From the NCBI GenBank assembly GCA_048940645.1, contig JBHLOI010000017.1:1-63511 (forward strand): DNA of 63,511 nt. The letters run 5' to 3'. Both the position numbers and the translations under genes were made by a program. Of this stretch, positions 59,202-63,511 are shown piece after piece; the first letter of the stretch is position 1, and each line of letters begins with the position of its first letter. The notes below the pieces were generated by a model. It worked only from the letters and a program-made list of their open reading frames with translations. It made no database searches and was not told the origin of the DNA. The stretch comes from Promethearchaeota archaeon. Its GTDB lineage: Archaea > Asgardarchaeota > Lokiarchaeia > Sigyniarchaeales > SOKP01.

Positions 59202-60803
59202 ATTCAGAAAATTAATTTTACATTAATCCTAGGTACTGAAAAAATAGCCATTAAAGATAACTTCACCCTAATAAAAGGTAAATTCAAAATTAATGCGGTA
59301 GATCAATATCAAATGAATAGCTTTTTAGAATTTTGTGATGATTTAAATTTAATTCCACTTGAAAATTTTCTTAATATTCTAAATAAAAATACAAACAATT
59401 TTAGAGATTTAGAAAAAGCTCTAAATCTTCTAAAATTAATTACTAATCAATCTAAAGTTATAAAAAGTAATGTAGAGCTTTTATCTGAGTATATTGATAT
59501 TTTGGAGTTATTAATTCTAACTACAAAATTTAAAATATTAGAGAGGAAAAAAGAAAAGTTAAAATTAGAATTGGAAATAGCAAAAAATTATAAAAAGTCA
59601 AGCGATTTAACTGCAGTTTCAGATTTATTGAAAAAGTTAAATAAATCCATAGAAAATAATAAAATAAAGGCCAAATATTTAGAGGAAGATTATTATCACC
59701 ATAAAAACCAAGTTGATCAAATTAAAAAAACTATAGAAAATCATAATTTAGAAATCAAACATTTAAATGATCAAAAGAAGATGATTTTCACCCAAATTAA
59801 TAAAATTTCGCGTCAAACTGAAGACTCAGCAGCTTTGAGTAAAGATGATGCTTTAAAAAACTTAGGAATTAAGATTAACATTCCAAATTCAGAAAAGATT
59901 CGTAAGCTACAATTAAAAGCCAAAGAACTTTCATTTAATATTAAGCAAATTGAATCTAAGAAGGAAAAAACTAATTTAAAATTAGAAGAAATAAATCCTA
60001 AATATGAAATTTATAAAACCGATTATGAAAAACTCTTAAACATAATTACTAGAGACGAAGAAAAAGCTAAGGAATTACAATTAGAATTAAAAAAAAAATT
60101 AGAAGAAACTGATAAAGATTTGGTGAAAGAAAAGGATACAATAGATTTAACAACGCTAAGATCTCTGACTCAAATTGATGAAGATATAAAAAGAGTTGAT
60201 TTAGAATTGACTGGGATAATAAAATCAGGGAATTTAGATGATATTAAAAGTAAACGAGATTTTTCATTTATCAATGAAAAATTAGAGACATTGTCTAAAC
60301 GTTTTACTCAAAAGTTTAATAAATTAGATATAACCTCAAATAAGAAAAAATTTTTAAAAGCTTTTGAGAGTTATCGGAAATTTGAGCTCATTTTGGATGA
60401 TTTAGAAAGATTTCTTAACATTATGCTATCACAAATTAATTTAATAATAAAGTTTCAAATTCTTATTGACAAAAAACATACTAAATTTTTCATAAATCCT
60501 TTCTTTAAAAGAAATAATAAAGAAGAAATAAAATTTGATGAATTAACAACTCCCGAAAAGGTTTTCTTTATAGTAGTTTTATACATTTCAATAAATATTA
60601 TTTTAGATGAAAAGAACATTACTTTTTCAAATTTATTTATTCCAAAGGATTATAATAAAGGGGGTTCTATTTTAAGAACAATTAGAAAGATTCTACCCCT
60701 TTTTAGAAGTAAAGAGAATTTGAAAGATTTTAAATTAATTTTCATAATGTCAAGCATTGAAATCAAAAAGGAAATTAAAAATATAAAAATAATTCAAATT
60801 TAA
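59202..60803 (+). CDS. Degenerate SMC-like protein (split ABC-head remnants flanking a long coiled coil)
   Basis: Frame open from 59190: FKIQKINF.....EKIAIKDNFTLIKGKF (SMC N-lobe-like, no GKS); C-lobe IKFDELTTPEKVFFIVVLY...ITFSNLF replaces LSGGEK and Walker B; start uncertain (ATT 59202 or ATG 59313). Confidence 0.6.
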   Translation: MQKINFTLILGTEKIAIKDNFTLIKGKFKINAVDQYQMNSFLEFCDDLNLIPLENFLNILNKNTNNFRDLEKALNLLKLITNQSKVIKSNVELLSEYIDILELLILTTKFKILERKKEKLKLELEIAKNYKKSSDLTAVSDLLKKLNKSIENNKIKAKYLEEDYYHHKNQVDQIKKTIENHNLEIKHLNDQKKMIFTQINKISRQTEDSAALSKDDALKNLGIKINIPNSEKIRKLQLKAKELSFNIKQIESKKEKTNLKLEEINPKYEIYKTDYEKLLNIITRDEEKAKELQLELKKKLEETDKDLVKEKDTIDLTTLRSLTQIDEDIKRVDLELTGIIKSGNLDDIKSKRDFSFINEKLETLSKRFTQKFNKLDITSNKKKFLKAFESYRKFELILDDLERFLNIMLSQINLIIKFQILIDKKHTKFFINPFFKRNNKEEIKFDELTTPEKVFFIVVLYISINIILDEKNITFSNLFIPKDYNKGGSILRTIRKILPLFRSKENLKDFKLIFIMSSIEIKKEIKNIKIIQI

Positions 60804-60816
60804 GAGAGATAGAATT

Positions 60817-61311
60817 ATGGAAAACAATGAATATGAAGAAACTGTTAAATTAATTACAAAATTAATTTTAACCCAACCACAAAAAATGATTAGAGAAGAG
60901 GATTTACAGAATCTATCAAAAAATTTTAATTTTGAAAAAATTATGAGTAATGTCTATCTGAGTTTAAAAAATGTTGGTTTTGAATTTATTAAAACAAAAT
61001 TACACAGTGATACGTACTACATTCTAACATCTGAAGGAAAAGATGATAATATTTCACCTTCACAATATGGAACATTAGCTTTACTTATAGCTATGAGCAA
61101 AGAAGTCGATGAGAATTTAAAAATTAAAGATTTAAAGGAGATTTTTTCTGAAGTATGGGAATCAGATGTAGAATTTTTACTTAAAAATGATTATTTAAGA
61201 AAAATAGAAGATTTAGGTGTTATAGTAGTGAGCCCTTTAGGCAAAGCACTGATGAAAAATATTATTCAAGACCTAGATTTAAAGAATCTAATAGATATCT
61301 TTACAAATTAA
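60817..61311 (+). CDS. Tandem winged-helix protein, KITE-like (ScpB/MukE/Nse1-3-like)
   Basis: MSNVY.SLKNVGFEFIK......YYIL....ISPSQYGTLALLI.....LKI.DL......VEFLLKNDYLRK......VSPLGK. Confidence 0.6.
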   Translation: MENNEYEETVKLITKLILTQPQKMIREEDLQNLSKNFNFEKIMSNVYLSLKNVGFEFIKTKLHSDTYYILTSEGKDDNISPSQYGTLALLIAMSKEVDENLKIKDLKEIFSEVWESDVEFLLKNDYLRKIEDLGVIVVSPLGKALMKNIIQDLDLKNLIDIFTN

Positions 61312-61345
61312 ATATCCTTTAGAAAATAAAAAAAAATAAACTAAT

Positions 61346-61765
61346 TTAAGAACTTTCAATATCTAATTTAAATTGATCAAAAATTTTTTTCACACGTTCA
61401 GCAGATGGACCTGTTCCCCTAACACCATTTTCATCTACAAGAATCTTTCCATTTAAAATAGATATAACATTCTGATCCTCAATATAATTTACATGTCCTT
61501 TTGAAAAGATAGTAGCAATTCTATCTGCTAAAGATTGCATAGGAAAAGGTTCCTCTTCGACTGTAACATAATGATAATAGCTTCCCCTAATTAATATTTT
61601 AGGAAATACTTTATTTTTTTCGTTCTTTGCATTCATTAAAATAAGGTCTAGGGTTTCGGAGACACCTTTAAGAGCTCCTACAAAAAATTTATCTTTATCC
61701 AGATATACCTTAACGATTCTATCCAATAAACTTTGTAATTCAGTATTATATTGTCTTAGTGACAT
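61346..61765 (-). CDS. Lsm/Sm-like protein with C-terminal extension (SmAP3-like)
   Basis: ELQSLLDRIVKVYL....FVG.L.G....LDLIL.NA...ILIRG plus C-terminal domain G..AERVK.IF. Confidence 0.88.
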   Translation of the reverse strand: MSLRQYNTELQSLLDRIVKVYLDKDKFFVGALKGVSETLDLILMNAKNEKNKVFPKILIRGSYYHYVTVEEEPFPMQSLADRIATIFSKGHVNYIEDQNVISILNGKILVDENGVRGTGPSAERVKKIFDQFKLDIESS

Positions 61766-61861
61766 TGTAAATCAGTATTTTTATTATTAATATAAATAAT
61801 ATATTCTTTTACTTTTATTCTTAATTTAAAAATAACGTAATCAACCATCTTATAATTAATT

Positions 61862-62515
61862 TTAAAATAATGTCTTTGTTAATTCGGGTATTCCTTCTCC
61901 AGTTATTGCACTTGTTTTGATTATTTTAAGATTTGGATTTATTATTTTTGCATCCTTTACCATTTTATGAATATTAATATCCATAACATCTAATAAATCG
62001 ATCTTATTGATTACAGCGATATCTGACATCTTAAAAAGCATAGGATGTTTTTCAATAACCCATTCACCCTCAGTAATAGATACAACACAAATTCTTTTTT
62101 CTGCTCCTAGAATAAAATCGGATGGGCAAATTAAATTCCCCACATTTTCTATGAAAACAACGTCATATCTACTTAAATCCTGATTTTTAATGACTTGAGA
62201 GATATGGTAGGAATTTAGAGCACATTCTCTCCCAGTATTAATCTGTATAGTTTTAACTCCATGCTTCTCAATACGATCCGCATCCACTCTGGTTGTTACA
62301 TCTCCATTCAAAACTAAAATTCTCTTTTCTTTTGAAAGAATTTCAACCAATGCTTCGATTAATGCCGTTTTACCTGCACCAATTGCCCCCACGATGTCAA
62401 TTGACTGAATATTGTGTTCTTTAAATAGTTGATTATTTTCAGCAGCTAATCTTTCATTGTTTAAAATTAAATCCTCGTTTAATTCAATGATTTTCATTTT
62501 TTTTTCTCTGGGCAT
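61862..62515 (-). CDS. hypB: Hydrogenase nickel-insertion GTPase HypB
   Basis: GAIGAGKTAL, GDV.T..DA.RI, QINTG.EC, IENVGNLICP, VS.TEG....KHP, NKIDL. Confidence 0.93.
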   Translation of the reverse strand: MPREKKMKIIELNEDLILNNERLAAENNQLFKEHNIQSIDIVGAIGAGKTALIEALVEILSKEKRILVLNGDVTTRVDADRIEKHGVKTIQINTGRECALNSYHISQVIKNQDLSRYDVVFIENVGNLICPSDFILGAEKRICVVSITEGEWVIEKHPMLFKMSDIAVINKIDLLDVMDINIHKMVKDAKIINPNLKIIKTSAITGEGIPELTKTLF

Positions 62516-62542
62516 GACATTTTAAAAGAATATTATTTTAGA

Positions 62543-63505
62543 TTAGCGAGCAAATAATTGATATTTAAATACTAGAAATGAACCCAATATTCCTCCTAAT
62601 TCAGGTAAATAAAATAAGAAGTATATAGGAGAATAAAATAATCCATATAACAACCCTGGAATTAGTCTAAATAAAATGATAATAAGTAAAAATGATCTTC
62701 CTTTCATTCTTATGGGTATTATTGCAACTAATCCTGTTAAATCTCTTTGCATTGCTGGAAAAATGGTGTAAGAAATGATACCATATATTCCCCCCCACAC
62801 TAAACCAACTCCATCCCAGAATCCTAAATTAAAGTTTGGATCAAAAGAAATTAAAGCAAATCTTAAAAGAAAATAAAAAATTATAGAGAAAGCTCCACTA
62901 AAAAAGAAGAGTTGGAATAGAAATTTAGACCCTTTACTCATTTCTATAATTCTGGCTATCATGTAAGTGAAAAATAACATTACAAAAATTAAAATTATTG
63001 TAAACATAAAGAATGGATTAAATAGGTCAATTGGGTTAATAAAAAGAGAAGTGATAAGAGTATGGACTGTATATTTGGAAACAAGAGCATTTAAGCTTAA
63101 ATATATATATTCTCCAATATTAAGGCTAACAAAAATTACACCTAATATTGTAAAAGAGATTATCATAATCATCAAAATTTTAGTTCCTAAATATTGAGTC
63201 GATTGAAAGATAGATCTCTTCTGCCTTTTTATAGTATATCTTGCTTGCTTCTCTTGCCTTTTTAAATATTTCTTCAACTCCTTAGAAGCTTTATATTCAA
63301 CATCTTGAGAAATAGATTGTCCAGAATGTTTATAATCAACTGCTATTTCCTTCCTATCAATCGGAGCTAGAGGTATATGTTTTAATTCAAATGAACATTG
63401 ATGGTTTTCAGGCAATCTATGCTTTTTGCAAAAGGTTCCACCACAATATTTGCACTTAAATGGTAAATAACCAATTTGATCTCCACAGTTTTCACAGTAA
63501 GTCAT
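62543..63505 (-). CDS. AN1-type Zn finger fused to rhomboid-like membrane domain lacking catalytic residues
   Basis: C..C.....LPFKCKYCGG.FC.KHRLPENH.C; TLITSLF, then GLVWGGIYG and PELGG at the GxSG and HLGG positions. Confidence 0.8.
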   Translation of the reverse strand: MTYCENCGDQIGYLPFKCKYCGGTFCKKHRLPENHQCSFELKHIPLAPIDRKEIAVDYKHSGQSISQDVEYKASKELKKYLKRQEKQARYTIKRQKRSIFQSTQYLGTKILMIMIISFTILGVIFVSLNIGEYIYLSLNALVSKYTVHTLITSLFINPIDLFNPFFMFTIILIFVMLFFTYMIARIIEMSKGSKFLFQLFFFSGAFSIIFYFLLRFALISFDPNFNLGFWDGVGLVWGGIYGIISYTIFPAMQRDLTGLVAIIPIRMKGRSFLLIIILFRLIPGLLYGLFYSPIYFLFYLPELGGILGSFLVFKYQLFAR

Positions 63506-63511
63506 TTTTCT

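Noticed and set aside
52447-61311. Calling the operon Wadjet or ESCRT/Vps4
   Set aside because: No Toprim JetD, no intact SMC ATPase motifs, no MIT domain on the AAA+ ATPase and no recognisable ESCRT-III gene
4421-63197. Other short ORFs nested in or antisense to long genes (e.g. 4421, 6976, 10517, 10954, 11390, 11920, 12518, 19616, 20309, 21122, 21186, 25442, 26479, 29194, 29472, 31654, 32562, 33471, 37791, 40691, 43255, 45338, 46956, 48808, 54531, 55479, 62967)
   Set aside because: They overlap better-supported genes and have no recognisable motifs

Overview
AT-rich chromosomal segment of an Asgard archaeon, most likely Lokiarchaeia (evidence: Loki-type profilin, roadblock-Rab-like GTPase fusion, longin-domain protein, unsplit RpoB, Elf1, PolD). 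About 1-29.7 kb is archaeal core informational genome: nrdD (partial), nac, pan, mbf1, tfe, rpoB/rpoH, cbf5, thiL, three tRNAs, PolD DP2/DP1, cdc6, carS, a NusA-like gene, archease and rtcB. About 29.7-40.5 kb is an accessory patch with gene remnants, membrane/TPR proteins, a repeat-nuclease-like protein and profilin. About 40.5-63.5 kb holds housekeeping and lineage-specific genes. Top observations: (1) a longin-domain gene at 33116-33900 (-) is interrupted by 29- and 30-nt inserts that fold into bulge-helix-bulge-type structures. Canonical excision restores an intact 241-aa ORF, so these are candidate tRNA-type mRNA introns in a eukaryotic-signature gene, and they match the size and architecture of two non-canonical introns in the nearby tRNA-Thr. 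(2) A possible actin-regulatory toolkit lies within 10 kb: profilin, an unannotated 49-aa WH2-like microprotein, a BAR-like protein and an adjacent coiled-coil/polyproline/VASP-FAB-like protein. (3) A tight 8-gene operon (52.4-61.3 kb) encodes a degenerate SMC-like protein, a KITE-like tandem winged-helix protein, an AAA+ ATPase with a probable ATT start and a double PC4-like/Zn-ribbon protein. All family assignments come from motif recognition by eye; no searches were run.
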